A stretch of DNA of 64,000 bases from Catajapyx aquilonaris (lineage: Eukaryota): the NCBI GenBank assembly GCA_000934665.2, contig KZ538222.1:1-64000 (forward strand), given 5' to 3'. The position numbers were made by a program, and so were the translations under genes. The notes below the pieces were generated by a model. It had not been told where the DNA came from. It was given only the letters and a program-made list of their open reading frames with translations, and did not search any database. Shown here one piece after another: positions 12,395-25,300 of this stretch. Numbering within the stretch: position 1 is the first letter of the stretch; each line of letters opens with the position of its first letter.

Positions 12395-12735
12395 ATAATC
12401 CTGGGTAGTGCTTTCACGGTCCCCCTTGGAGTATATTGCATGGACCTTTATTGACCATTTTTATGTACATTGTACATGGAACTTATTCGCCCGGGTCCAC
12501 AGGCAGGGTAGATGGGAGGGGATGTGCAATGTGCAGTGCAATGTCCTTGCTATGGCCGTTTTGTGAACTCCCCGGGTGGTTAGTCTCTGGGAATCCCACC
12601 CGAGATGAAGCCAGAGGCCCAGAGATGACCACAACTCTGCACGAGATGAAGGGGGGAATGCACAGGCTTGGAATTGAACCTCTACCTGTGACCCTTACAT
12701 CCATGGGCGCCACTGCAGCACCACTCTGCCTTTCC
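12346..12735 (-). mobile_element. SINE family A, older copy with (CTA)n tail
   Basis: Reverse-complement similarity to 42114-42512; tail reads (TAG)n on the + strand. Confidence 0.8.
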
Positions 12736-13017
12736 TTGTGCTGATAGTACAATTTACACACCTACATCTGTTGTTGGGGGGGGGGTTATAGGGTGGCAGC
12801 TGATTTCATGAAATTGTCATGATGGTCTGGCCTCTGGGCAAGTGTTTTTAAACAAAGTTGGCAAAGTAGCTTGCATCTGGAGTTTTTGCCACCTGTAGTT
12901 GAGTTTTAAGAGATAACTGATCACCTTAGCACAGGCATTGATCACTAGGTTAGGCTAGGTTATGCTAGGTTATTGCAATTCCAGAAGTTATAACTGGACA
13001 GGAGATACCGTTGCAGG

Positions 13018-13235
13018 CAGCGCCAGATTTTCCAATAGGCAGAGTAGGCAATTGCCTAGGGGTGGCCGCTCTCCGGGGGCAGGCGCAAGGTGGAATATAT
13101 ATATATTTTAAATAAAATAAAATACAGCAGAGGGGAACACATGAGAAAAATGGAATTTTTAAGCGACATGTGGGGGGAGCGGGAGTGGCGGATCTCAGAT
13201 GCCTAAGGGCGGCCGGGGGGGTAAATCCGGCGCTG
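13018..13235. mobile_element. hAT-type MITE
   Basis: CAGCGCCAGATTT...AAATCCGGCGCTG; TSD GTTGCAGG/CTTGCAGG. Confidence 0.75.
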
Positions 13236-14498
13236 CTTGCAGGGTGTAACATGAAAGCCCACCGTGTGTTATAAATTAGTGACAGAAGCTTAATTATTGC
13301 CAGTTTTTTAAAAGGCCATTGAATCTATCAGGGAGCTGGGGGGGGGGGGGNGGGTCGAAAAAACTACATGCAAATTATTTATATTCTGCAAGGTTTTTTG
13401 CCTCTAGATTTCATTTGTCACACTTCTCTGACCCACTGCTAGGTCCCGCAGTACTTTTCCTCTTAATAATAATGCATGTAGAAATGATGGATAAACTATT
13501 GTTTATCCGCACCTTAACAACGTGGTCGGGGTCGGGCGGTCGGGGGGCCTCCCGACGGTTGGCAACGTTGCGTCGCAAACAATCGGGTGCCTTGATACTG
13601 CTGCCAGGCAAATTCGAATGCCTTCACGGTGGCTTGATGAAGTGTCGTTCTTTGGGTTAACGAACTGCAGCAACCATCATGGCTTTCATATTTCCCACCT
13701 CCTTCATTAATACTGTGGTCCTAGTACTCATCTGATCGGTTCGCATGGCAGGGGTAATAAGACGCCCTTTGTTGTGCTCTCCCGGCAACCGATTGTTTAC
13801 GACCCGGAGCCAACATGTTTGGAGCCCACCACGGCTTCCCAACCCTGCCGCGTCACTAGGTGCGGATAAACGATAGACTTTCCGAAATGATACAATATGT
13901 GACTCAGGCTTGTGCATAATTACCTATGTGTGTTTTCTGGTTTACTTGTAGAGGAAGAAAATGTAACAAGGTTATGAGGCTGTGAAGGAAAAGGGGGAGA
14001 GAAGTGGATATTTAGGACAGTTCTAGGGTGTTGTGGAGTCCCTAGCAGACTGGCCCTTTCATCATGGACATGTACTCAGACTGAGGGAATGAATGGGCCC
14101 AGAGATGAGGACTTGCCAGAAAAGTTGAAAATGGCGAACTTTTATATGCATCATGTAGTGCTGGTATGCAAATTTGCGGTATTGCAGTATGGTAGGGCCT
14201 ACTCCAGTTTTTAGTTGCAGCCACATGGAAATAAGAAAATAGATAGCTCACTGAGCTAGCTGACCACCTGTATCTTTGTAGGTTTTCTCTATGCGGTACC
14301 TTGGGAATATTTTAAAAAACACTGGCCAATGATTACATGTGGTCCTGTTTGGTTTGATATCACATGATCTAACATAGGGCTATAACATAACTTATATCAC
14401 AAGACAACATATTCTGCACAAAGTGTTAAAGGGTCTTCTATTGTGCATCTTTTCTGACAGATTTGGATGTGGAGATAATCTAAGAAGACTGCTTAGTG

Positions 14499-14768
14499 AT
14501 GTGGAACGAGAGAAGTGGAAAGCAATCTTCTGAACAGGAGGCACATGCATTCCTTCGGGAACGATTCCTCTTGGCAATGGCAAGCCTGGGAGATAGGACT
14601 ACATCTGGTCGATTCCAGCTAGCTGCAAACACAATGGTGGATGCCAAGTTTGTCACATGTGACCAAGATGTCAAGCATTTCTTTGTCTCTGACTTGAACA
14701 CACCCATTGGCATCGTCTCACACTCCATACTACGAGCATCAGACATTTTTCACTTCGACTTGCTATAA
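14499..14768 (+). CDS. Gemin7: Gem-associated protein 7 (SMN complex Sm-like subunit), 89 aa
   Basis: EQEAHAFLRERFL...FVTCDQDVKHFFVSDLNTPIGIVSHSILRASDI matches Gemin7 EQ.ARA.LRER.L...F.A.D.D...F.VS.L.TPIG....A.LR.SDI. An acceptor TTTCTGACAG at 14460 suggests an upstream UTR exon. Confidence 0.9.
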   Translation: MWNERSGKQSSEQEAHAFLRERFLLAMASLGDRTTSGRFQLAANTMVDAKFVTCDQDVKHFFVSDLNTPIGIVSHSILRASDIFHFDLL

Positions 14769-16085
14769 AAAGGCAGTTATGACTTTTGATAGTTCTGCCA
14801 CTGTTATAAACTGACCCTGGATACAGGAGAAATTTGCCCATCATGGAACTGCTGCTTTGTCCCAGTGCAGAATTTCCAGGTAATATCTGTTGCATGTAAT
14901 GGAAACATGTTTGGCAAAAACAGTTTTTGCAGAACACAGTGATTCCCTTGTAGCAGGTTTCAGTGTAGTAATAATAACCTCAGTAATGCTTTCACTCCTC
15001 TGGGATATATTTCATGGACATTTACTGTTTTGAATTACCGGTATACTTGCTGGAACGTTTTGCAAAATGTCCAGGTCCATGAGTAGGGAAGGGTGAATGG
15101 GGATATCTGCCAGAGATCCAAGTGGAAATGTATCCCTCTTCTGTTTAAAACATTTGGATGTCAGGCAGTCTTCAGTGGGGTAAGTCACTTGGGATTCTAG
15201 TGTACGACTGACTTCCATACAATACTACTAGTGACTTTTCAAGAGACTTACTCCTTGGTTGGATGTAAAGGCAATGGCTATTTGGATGTATTTTCTTTTG
15301 GAGGGAATTACAATGGAAGGCCAAAAAATTTTCTACCTAGGTATGAAGAACATGTGTTATAACTTACACAATGTCATTTTTTCTTGATGTAATCGCCCTT
15401 CATCTTAATGCACTTTCGCCATTTGTCTGAAAGTGATCCGATCCCACTTGAAAAATATTACAAAGTTTGGTCTGCAATCCATTGGTCTACCGCCATTTTC
15501 AATTCATTTTCAGCATGAAAACGACTTTCAGTTCTGTCAGGGATCAGAGTGGATGAAATATCAAATTACAGTTGAACATTATGGGTGATGTGGACCAGTG
15601 CGAAGCAATGAGTTACTGCTATTTATGACATTAAAAATTGATATTGAACGAGGTAATTGATGACGTATGTGATGTGGCAATATGCCCAAAAATTGACTAC
15701 TCCACCATAAGGGGAACTAATGGAATTTTCTTGAAATCATTGTCTGATTATGGAGGATTCTTCAAATCCCACATGACAATTATTGCCAAGTACACAAACT
15801 TACAAGAATTGCACCCCTGGTTACCACCTGCAAGCAACTCATCCAGCGGTGGACCTCCCCATTCTCCCCTCCCCTCCCACCTCCTGAAACAAAATTATTG
15901 CCTTCACAGACCATCAGTCATAAATGGAACACAGCTGAATTTTACGTTTTTATTACATTTTATACTAATATTTTATATGTAACTTTTTATCATTTGAATA
16001 TGTTTCCAAAACATAAGGAGTACATGTTTTTTTTGTGGTAAATCCCCACAGTGATCTGTTGTGGCATGTGGCGTTTGGAATAGCC

Positions 16086-16773
16086 TCATCGTCGAGGATT
16101 AGGACGCCCCCTGACGCCCCCTGTACGTCGTCCCTCAAGTCCAGTGTTTGCCTTCTTCAATCCCTTCCTTCCATACCCTTGGGGGCTGCTAGGTCCGGCA
16201 GGTGGTGCTGACTTCTTTCCCTGCACTACTTCCTTCATCTTTTGGACATCCTTCTCTATCTTCTGGTCTAGACGAGCCAAAATGTAGCACAGGGACTTCC
16301 GCATGCCCAAGCCGGGCTTCATGGCCTTCTTGCCTACTCTCGTCAGACGGTAGACACCCTTTTTCCTGCAGCCAACCAGACCATCTTTCAATGCCCCCTT
16401 CATTGCCAACAACAGCCTTCGATGGAACTCAACGTCGTCTGACATCTGCAGGAGTGGGGGCCTCACATATCACTCGATGTGATCCATGTCACAGCCTTCT
16501 CTTTGGCGTTCTGCTATGCATAAAAGGCAAAAGTGAAACAGTTTGCGGAAAGAATATTCAAGATAAAAATAATGAGTCACATTCTGCCATTTAAAATTTA
16601 ACCAATTGCCTTTAGAACATGCCTGCAATTATTGCTTCCATAATGAGGTGTCTATATGGGACACGTGGGAAGACTTGTGATGGCCTGCAACTCATTGGGC
16701 TCCAGGTAAGGGTCGGTGTGAAGGCAGGTGTATTTGGGCTGGACTGGGGCGAAAGTTGGTACCTCTTAGCCAT
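16086..16773 (-). pseudogene. linker histone H1/H5 (H15 winged-helix)-like gene with an in-frame TGA
   Basis: Exon 16773-16623 (...PRVPYRHLIMEAIIA), a GC-AG intron, then exon 16513-16086 (AERQREGCDMDHIE*YVR...EFHRRLLLAMKGALKDGLVGCRKKGVYRL followed by a K/R/G/P-rich tail). This follows the H15 pattern P.Y..MI.EAI...ER.G.S...I.KY...LK..V..G.L....G.F.L. TGA at 16472-16470. Confidence 0.65.
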
Positions 16774-17958
16774 CGTAGGATCTGGGTGAATCGGAACTAG
16801 AATAATTAATAAGAGACGGGGAGATTTAGAGGAGAGGTCCTAAATGTGCGTGTGACTTGGTCTGTGGTCACTAGGTATCTGAAACTTTGGAATAGGTTGT
16901 TGATATTGGATACGTCGGGTGGTTGTTCCTGGATACGTCTGTTGGGGCCGTAACTATGTACAGTGCAGGTCACCTAGGGAAGCGAGGACCCTGGATGCAA
17001 CTATATGCCAAATGTATTGAGTGATGTTGCCTATACCCTTGCATAGACCCTGCGGATGTTGGGATAAATCAAGGAAGGATGGAATCTTTGGGATGAGTGC
17101 CCCTTAGCCAAGAGCAGCAACAGTCTTCTTCATTCACTGTCGTATTAAAGACATATTGCAGTCCAGTCGTTACTTCTTCAAAAAATAATTACATTTTCAG
17201 AGGGGTAATGTGTACAATTTTACCATGCCATTTCTCTCTTGCATTGATTTAGATAGCTCCAGATTTCCTTTAGTATGATACTTGCATGAAAGGATGTCAG
17301 ATAGTGAGAGTTATAAGGTGTGTTGCACATACTGATTGAACTAGACTTTTATAAATGGTGATATTGACGGCATCCAAGAATGCATACGAAGAAAGGTGAA
17401 TTATTTCCCATAGAAGTATTAGCAAGCCAGACAGAAATACTGAAGGTGTATCATTACCTGAACTGCCAAGCCTTCAAAAAAGTTTGCCTGCTGTTTTTGC
17501 TGTCACATATCATGCACAGCGTGAGAGAAAACGTCGCCAAGCAAACTGTTGCTTTTTTGCCGGGCAACAAATCCTGAAAAGTCTGATAAAAACAGGGAGG
17601 TCGGTAATCACAGACACTACCTCTGCTGCATTTTCATTATTATAATCTACCCTTGATCATGACTGCTAATTTGATATAGAAGTGCTCTTAATAATAGCAT
17701 ATAATTATATCAGTCTGATGTTTTATCCTTTAGTTAAGCAAGTGCAGATACGGTGTTGCAATTAGTATATATCGTGATTGTAAATTATTGGTTTTACCTT
17801 ACTCTGAACCCCCCTGCATGTGATATATGTGTACAGGCCTACCAGCAGGATACTAGATTCGATCACCTACCTCTCCTCCCCCTCGCCATCCAGATATCGG
17901 ATTTAAGACGTTGTTTGCAATCATTGGCAGTGATAGTGCAGATGACAAACAGGAGACC

Positions 17959-18006
17959 ATGCATGCCATTGAATGGATTGTAATTTTGGCCTCCATTGGA
18001 AACTTG
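17959..18006 (+). CDS. candidate first (signal-peptide-like) exon of the polycystin gene
   Basis: ACCATG; MHAIEWIVILASIGNL followed by a GTATGT donor in phase 0, compatible with the exon at 19387. Not otherwise supported. Confidence 0.3.
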
Positions 18007-18409
18007 GTATGTATAATAATTATGCCGTTAATTAGAAGCTCTGGCAAAATATTAGGGCAAAACTACAATAAGAATATTATTCATGTGTTTGGTATTCATG
18101 AGTGTAATAAAAAAATATTTTTTAGCTGAGATGTGGAAAAGGTAAGATTTGTTTCCTACAATTATTTAATATTACATGTTACATCATGTAAGCTAAGAAG
18201 GATAGTGTAGAAAAGTGATGTGAAGCACATTAGACAATCATGTGCCAAAATAATTCCTGAAAAGGAAAACGTCATTATCATGTTATTTTTATGAAAAAGA
18301 AATTTAATTATCAAAATATGTTTAAAAAAATCATGTTTAATAAGTAGTAGTATAGAGTTTACTTTGTGTTGTGAGTCATCATCATCATCATCATCATCAG
18401 ACCAAAATA

Positions 18410-18762
18410 CAGGAAGTCCCCTGTCTACGAACGCGATTACGTTCCAGAAAATTCCATAAGTTGGATTTGTACGTAACTAGAATCCCTGAGGAACAGCACA
18501 TGTGCATATGCAGTGTAATGATGCTGCTTCAATGAACCGCTTATGTCATGTATGTTTGTTTAGAGGCAGGGAAGAACGTAGTTTCCCAATTATTTATTCA
18601 TTATATACAGTATTTATGATGAACTTCGTGTCTGTCAACATACGCAGAAGTGATTTAAAGTGGAGGAATAATTATAAATATTATCCTTATGCTTATGGAG
18701 AGCTTTGGGAGCCCGCACGGATCGCTGTAAGTCGGGTCGTTCGTAAACCCGGGGACTTCCTG
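18410..18762. mobile_element. pogo/Tigger-type MITE
   Basis: TA-CAGGAAGTCCCC...GGGGACTTCCTG-TA. Confidence 0.8.
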
Positions 18763-19386
18763 TACTGAAAATCCAGATCCTAAAACCAGCTGAAGGCAAC
18801 TACTGATGATTTTATTCTACAAAGTATTATGGTATGGCATTCTGGTTTATAACATAGCATATTTTCTCTTATATAAAACTGATATCATCCACAAAATAAT
18901 GGATTAATGCGATTAATTTCAAGGACACGTATAATAAAATTGTGCAACAAGTAGTGTTGTATGAAAAAGTATTACTACTTACCAAAAGTAAACACCCTTT
19001 GGTCGGTTTTTAAAAATCCAAAAAATTAAACATAGCCACATAATAGATCCTACCTTTAGCGATTCCTACCACTGCAATGTACACAAACTCCGTGTCGATC
19101 AGAGCATTATTTGAATTGGGGTTGGAACTGTGCTTTTCATTGCAACCTGAAACGACTATATTTCCACGATTTAATTCGACAAAATAAGAATGATTTAAGT
19201 AATGGGATTTGAAGACCAGAAATGCAGAACGATCCGTCTCATTGTGGTCGAAAAATTAAGTAGACATTGTAAAACGCAGACCTTGAAACGTACTATCTGA
19301 CATTCTGCTAAAGCAAGTGTAGCCACAGAGAAATCAAAAATATAATGAGAATCTCACCCCATTTTATTTTCAATATCTGAGTGCAG

Positions 19387-22300
19387 GATAAAGCTGTGTC
19401 TCACTTTCGTACAGGCTTGGAAGAAGCCACATGTTTGAAGGATGACTTGATGAGCCCTGCATTCTCTGCTATTCCTGGGGATTATCGTCCATTGTATGTG
19501 TCCGTTCCCCTTTGTAAAAAGCAGTGCAGTGCCATTCACATGGGTCTTTCAGGCATGCAAACTGGAAAACTGTGTCTGTGTGCATTTCACGAAGAAGGTA
19601 GGTGGCATTTTCTTTTAGTTTATTTATTTTTTGGTCAACTTTGTCATGGTCCACGTCTGTCCTGCGTCTGTCTGCAGAGTTGGTCGACAACAACAATGTC
19701 GATAAATGCCCAGAGAATTGTGGCAACAAATCGTGCGGTGGAATTGATGGCTTTACATCTGTGTATTTTTCGGACACTAAATTGCAGGACAGCCCGATTC
19801 GACTTCAGCTGACGAAACATGCCACAAGTCAGGTAAGTTTTGCGATTGCTCCTGATATCCAATATAGTATAGTTTTGATCCAGACCAGTAGGTCTATATA
19901 GCCTACTACATGCATGTCATTGCAGGTTAAGATCGCTGCGCAGGAAAATTTCGAATCGTTTCCTTTTAACTTTGGAGATGGTTCTCCAATAGTAACTGTA
20001 CATGCCCCGTTTAGTGCAATCTACAGGGTGCCTGGGATATATGAAGTTACAGGTTAGTTGAGAATTCTGGATGTGGTGTATTGTTCATGAAGCATTTAAA
20101 GCTCTTTTCTAAATGCTGTAAATTCATCCAGCGTTTGGAAATGGAGATGACATCACCACAGCTACATTCTCAGTCCATGATATAGAAAGTAAGTTAGAAT
20201 CAGTCGAGTGCCCCACTGTAGCTGAACCTGGCATTGAAGCGGCTTGTCGTATTACCATGACTGGCAGTTCTCCTCAGCTAACAATATCTCACAAAGAAAG
20301 CACAACGAAGTATATGCTCCCAGGTGACGGCATAATTCTTGAATAAGTTGCTACAACTTCATATTTAGGTCTGTACTTTGTAGAGGACTTGAAATACTAT
20401 AGATTTCATATCTTTAAAGGTTCCAGCTGGATAACGTATGGAATACCTGTGCCACGAAGTCACATGAGAGAAATTTCGAATTTATTCAAAGCACAAGTGT
20501 TGTTGGTTCATTGGCCTGTTAGGGAAACTGTCAAGATTATGCATGTGGAATATTTTGCAGTTTCCAAAGGATCTATAATACTAAAGGTGAGGTTTACTGC
20601 TCTCTACACAATTTTGCCAGCACTATTTCCTCAGTTGAAATAAAAAAAAATTATGTTTGGGTTATTTATTTTTCAATAGATTCATAAGTACAATTCATAG
20701 TGATCTTTCCCTCAATTTGAATCAAAAATTAATCAAATTGGCAGCAGCAAAATTACCAGTATTTTAAAAACTTCTGACTGGTAAGTCAAATGAGAGAAAA
20801 TTATCTCTGCAAAGGTGTGCAAAGAGTGAAGAGCATCAAAGAGGATAATAAAGCCACTCAAAATAATTTAGAGAGCACTAGTAGGCTATTTTATCTACCA
20901 TGATGATAAAGATAGCCTAGTGTTTTATCTATAATTTATTGGCAATGATTGCTGGATGATACGAATGCCGCCCTTTCTGGTGCTTTATCATCTTTGTAAC
21001 TAAATACAATTAATTTTTCTGGGTTAAAGTTTAACCAGAAATCCAGATATTTTACATTATTTTAACAAATAAGCCTGACAAAGTTACTGTGATAAAATAT
21101 CCTCTTATAATTTATATGTTTTACTTATCAGATGTATAAAATGTGCGACGAAGATTATTCTTGCTCTAATGGACAAAAAATTGGCGAACTGATTGTAGAA
21201 GAAAAAGAAAGCTATGTTCTGAAAGGTGGAAACGTTGACAATGTCTCCGTGAGCGAAGAAATAAGCAAAGAGCTTCTGGCACAACCAGGGTATCTATTTG
21301 GTTTTGAGTGTGTTGATGGATGCGTTGGTCACAGGTGGGTTCTTTCGGCAGTGTCCCAGAGAAAATATCCATATTGATATTTTTACTGGGAGAGTTATTC
21401 TAACTGATACTTGAGACGATTACTTGCAGATTGTCTTCTAAGGAGGAAGGCGATTTAGTTGGAGGGAAACCTTTTCCTGGGGAGCATTATTTCCATGTTG
21501 TAACCACGATTCCAACATCTGTGCAGTTTTTATACACATGCTCAGATCCTTCCACTGAAGAGGCGATTAAAATTAGTGTAATTGTAGTTCACTATATTAG
21601 GGTATGCTGACTAAATAACACTATTAGCATTGGTTTTTTTTTGTTTGTAGAGTGGACACACAATCGAAATACGCGTTATTTCATGTGAAATACCAATTGA
21701 CGATATATCACTGAAAGGAAATTCAGTTGCTGTTGTAGGAGAAAATGTGACATATTCTGTGTTTATGAAGAAAGGACTTCCTATCACTATACGTCAAGAC
21801 TGGGGTGATGGACATGTCGCTCATACACACTATCAAGGTATGAGAACTTTTTTTCATGGGGGTCTCCCATATTACTTGTAAGTCATCCACTGCTAGGCAG
21901 GAAGGGCTTGCTTCCCGACCACCAAAAATGTCAAGGGAGACCAAAGGACACCTTCACAAAAGTGATCGGGTGGAATTTTGCCCCACTGCTAGTTACTGCT
22001 AACTTAGCAGTACCATTTCCAACACTCCTCTCTGGTATACTGCTGAGTTAGCAGTAACTAGCAGTGGGACGAAAATTCCACCCATCCTCTGCTGCTTATG
22101 AGTTCGTCTTATGAAACATCCGGAATCTCGATAACTAAATAACTAAATGTATGCAGAGTGGTGGAGCAGGAGGACATAATGTATTGACGATAATTTTGCT
22201 ACATTTTTGTCCCTTTTCAGGGACAATAACAAAATTAGATAGTGCTAGAATTTCTCATGCTTATCAGGAGCCAGGAAACTATACTTTGATAGTATCAGCG

Positions 22301-25300
22301 AGTAATAGGCATCATGATGTCTGGACCCCAAATGCCACTTTAAATATCAGCGTGTCGCCACAATCGCCATGTGAATTGGCGCCTAAGAAGATTACATTTC
22401 AGGACAACCAAGGTGAAATTTCCCAGCTATAAGCCTGTTAACTTATCAAGAGGTTGTAAACTAATTTAGTGTTTTTTTTTCAGTACACGACTGCAAGAAT
22501 TACTCAGGGGTAGCTCATTTTCAGGGTGGCAATATCAAAACTGGGTTTCTCATAAGCAATAGAAACGAGGAGAGGAAGATTGCAGTGAGATCTTTGAGAG
22601 ATCAGGAAGTCTCTTTTCGTGGCCGTCATTGCTACCACCCTCAAGCTACTATTCTGAATCACTCCTTGGATTTTCTGCAGGCTCCAGGATATCTGACATC
22701 TGAACAGATTCGGTTGCAAACGAAGGTGCTAATTGATTGCAGCTACATCATCCATGCAAGGTAATCCATGTTTGTTATTGACTGGAGTGTGTATGTGACT
22801 AATATATTGCAATCTCTGCACAGAAAATATTGGAACATTTCTCGAGTCGATCAAATGAGTGGAAAGGCAATTGAAGTGATTGCCATAGACAAATGGTGTG
22901 AATCATGGAATCGATCCGAGTTGATAATTTCTCCTGGGTTTCTGCATCCTGGAACATATAGTGTCCAGTATACCATCACAATGAATGGTACGTTGTTGTA
23001 ATGCTTTGTCAGGTGTCAAGTTACAAACTAATGTTAATAAACATTAAGTTTCAGATTCTGAATTGCATTCTAATATGTTAAAAGGAACTGATTCTACTTA
23101 CATTCGAATCAAGTTAAGCCCTTTGGAGCCGTACATGTTCAATGGAATTGCCTCGCGACTTCGCGTAGGTGTGAACCAATCCATTCTATTCGAGCCTGGG
23201 TTGTGGTCTGTGGATCCAGGTGATTCAAAGGGTAATCAATTCACGCTCACATGGTTTTGTCAACCTGTAATAGACACGCAAACATCTAATGCTAGTGGCT
23301 GTTTTGGAAAAGGGCCCGGACAGTTGGCCTACTACTCTAAAGTGCTGAATTTGTCAGCTCGATGCTTCACTGATCCAATCGGACGCAGATTTGAAGTGAT
23401 CGCAGTCGTCGCCAAAGGGAGCAGACGTGCGACAGCACGCATTGAGTTAGAAATAATCTCATCCAGTACACTTTCTGTTCTGATTGAATGCATATCCTCT
23501 TGCATCAACATTGAAGGCAACATTATAGTAAATCCTAATTCGGGATTGCGCCTACGTGGCCGTTGTATTCCAGCATGCTCCACAGACACCGAATATGTAT
23601 GGACAGTATTCAATTCAAGCTGTGTCTTGTCACAATATGCGAAGAACAACCAGAGTGGAAGTGAAGTTGCCATACCAAAAGAGATTACTCAGAGTTCCAA
23701 AGAGTTTAGCGTCACTTTTATGGTAAGAAGCAGGGAGTCAGAAGCGTCTGCAACACTAGATGTAAGAGTGAACCAGACACCCAGAGGCGGCAAGTGTCTC
23801 GTCAATGCCACATCAGGCGTTACTCTTATTGATACACTCTTGATCACATGTGAATCATGGGACGATCCTGACGGGATATCTGAGTATTCGTGTCACTTGT
23901 TGGATGCTAAGGGAAGAAAACACCACATTTTAGCAATTAGCTGTATGCCAGTGGATGTGATGCTTCCAGTGGGGTTAAATCAGCTCTACTGCGACATTAT
24001 TGACAAGCTTGGAGGGTATACCCGAGTTCCAGTGGCCAACATCACCATGGATATTCCCAGTTTGGAAGAGTATCAAGATTTTTCCTCCTCAGGGAAACTG
24101 AAGAAATTTGCTGCGTTAGGAGATGTACAACAATTGATGACGTATTTTCAAGCGCAATCCTCTGTATGGCTTGCATCTAAAGCGTACCAGCTGAACATCT
24201 CACAGATTGGACACGACATTGAGTTCATGACTGAGTTGCTAAGCTTGGAAGCAAATGCAGCTACATTGGCGCAAATTAACGTTGTTTCTTCTTCACTGAG
24301 TGCCGCCTTATCTTACGTTTTTGTCGGGGATGACGGTCCTCTCGTAATTGGATTGAAAGCACGTGCCTATGCGACCAATGCCATTAAAATGTTGTCTGAC
24401 CACGTTAAGCACATTCCAATCACTGATCCACGTGAAATGGTGTACCTGATCGAGCACGTGGCGGAGGCGGCGCTAGCTCTTATGGTGAGCTCGGCGGCTA
24501 TCTTGCATAAGAAGAACTGTAGCTACATACCTTTCAGGGACCTTGAAACTGTCAATGAGTTAGATTATGACACTAATATAGAAGGAAAACTGGAATTCAA
24601 AATGCCTGTAGGACTGAACAAGCAACAATGTGAAAATATCTTGAACACACTGTCATATAAGGCGTCGAAAGAAACGCCACAAATTTTAGAATCACATAAG
24701 TTGTTATATCAGTCAGCTATTGACAAAATGGTGAGAGATGAACTATTGACAATGACCTCTGAACATGGGGTACATGTGCTACTAGCTAAAGTGCATCAAA
24801 TGAATTTGGAAAATCACATGTTAGAGCTTGGAAATGGAAATGTGTCATTTCCTAGTGGTATTTGCGTGGGGAACGAGGGAGATGTTTGCACTGAAAACCT
24901 TGCCATATCAGCAGTCAATTGGCCAGTTGTCACTCACAATCATGGTCCAACAACGAAGCTATTGTCCCACGATGGAAACGTAATGGATATTACCCTACTA
25001 AGCGAAGAACTGGAAGACCAAACTGTTAGTAATCTTAAGACACCTATTGTTTTGAACATTTCTAGAAAGGGACTGGACAGAATGTCCGAACCAGTTTTTG
25101 TCAACACGAGCCTGAAGTTGGAGGGACTGAGAGTGCCCATTATATATCATGCCTTCAACGTAACAAGAGAAGACTCAAGCATCACGATTGAATATTTCCT
25201 TAGTGACGATGTCTCCCATAATTTTGTTCTGTTGATGGATCACGAACGAATGCCCACTCTTGATAGTTTCCAATGGATTATACCACTGGCTAGCATTCAC

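Noticed and set aside
15012..15290. Minus-strand coding-like segment with a GTAAGT donor
   Set aside because: No recognisable family and no consistent exon chain.
22585..22680. Possible 96-nt GT-AG intron inside a polycystin exon
   Set aside because: It is open in frame and encodes the C..P motif expected at the start of the REJ region, so it was treated as exon.
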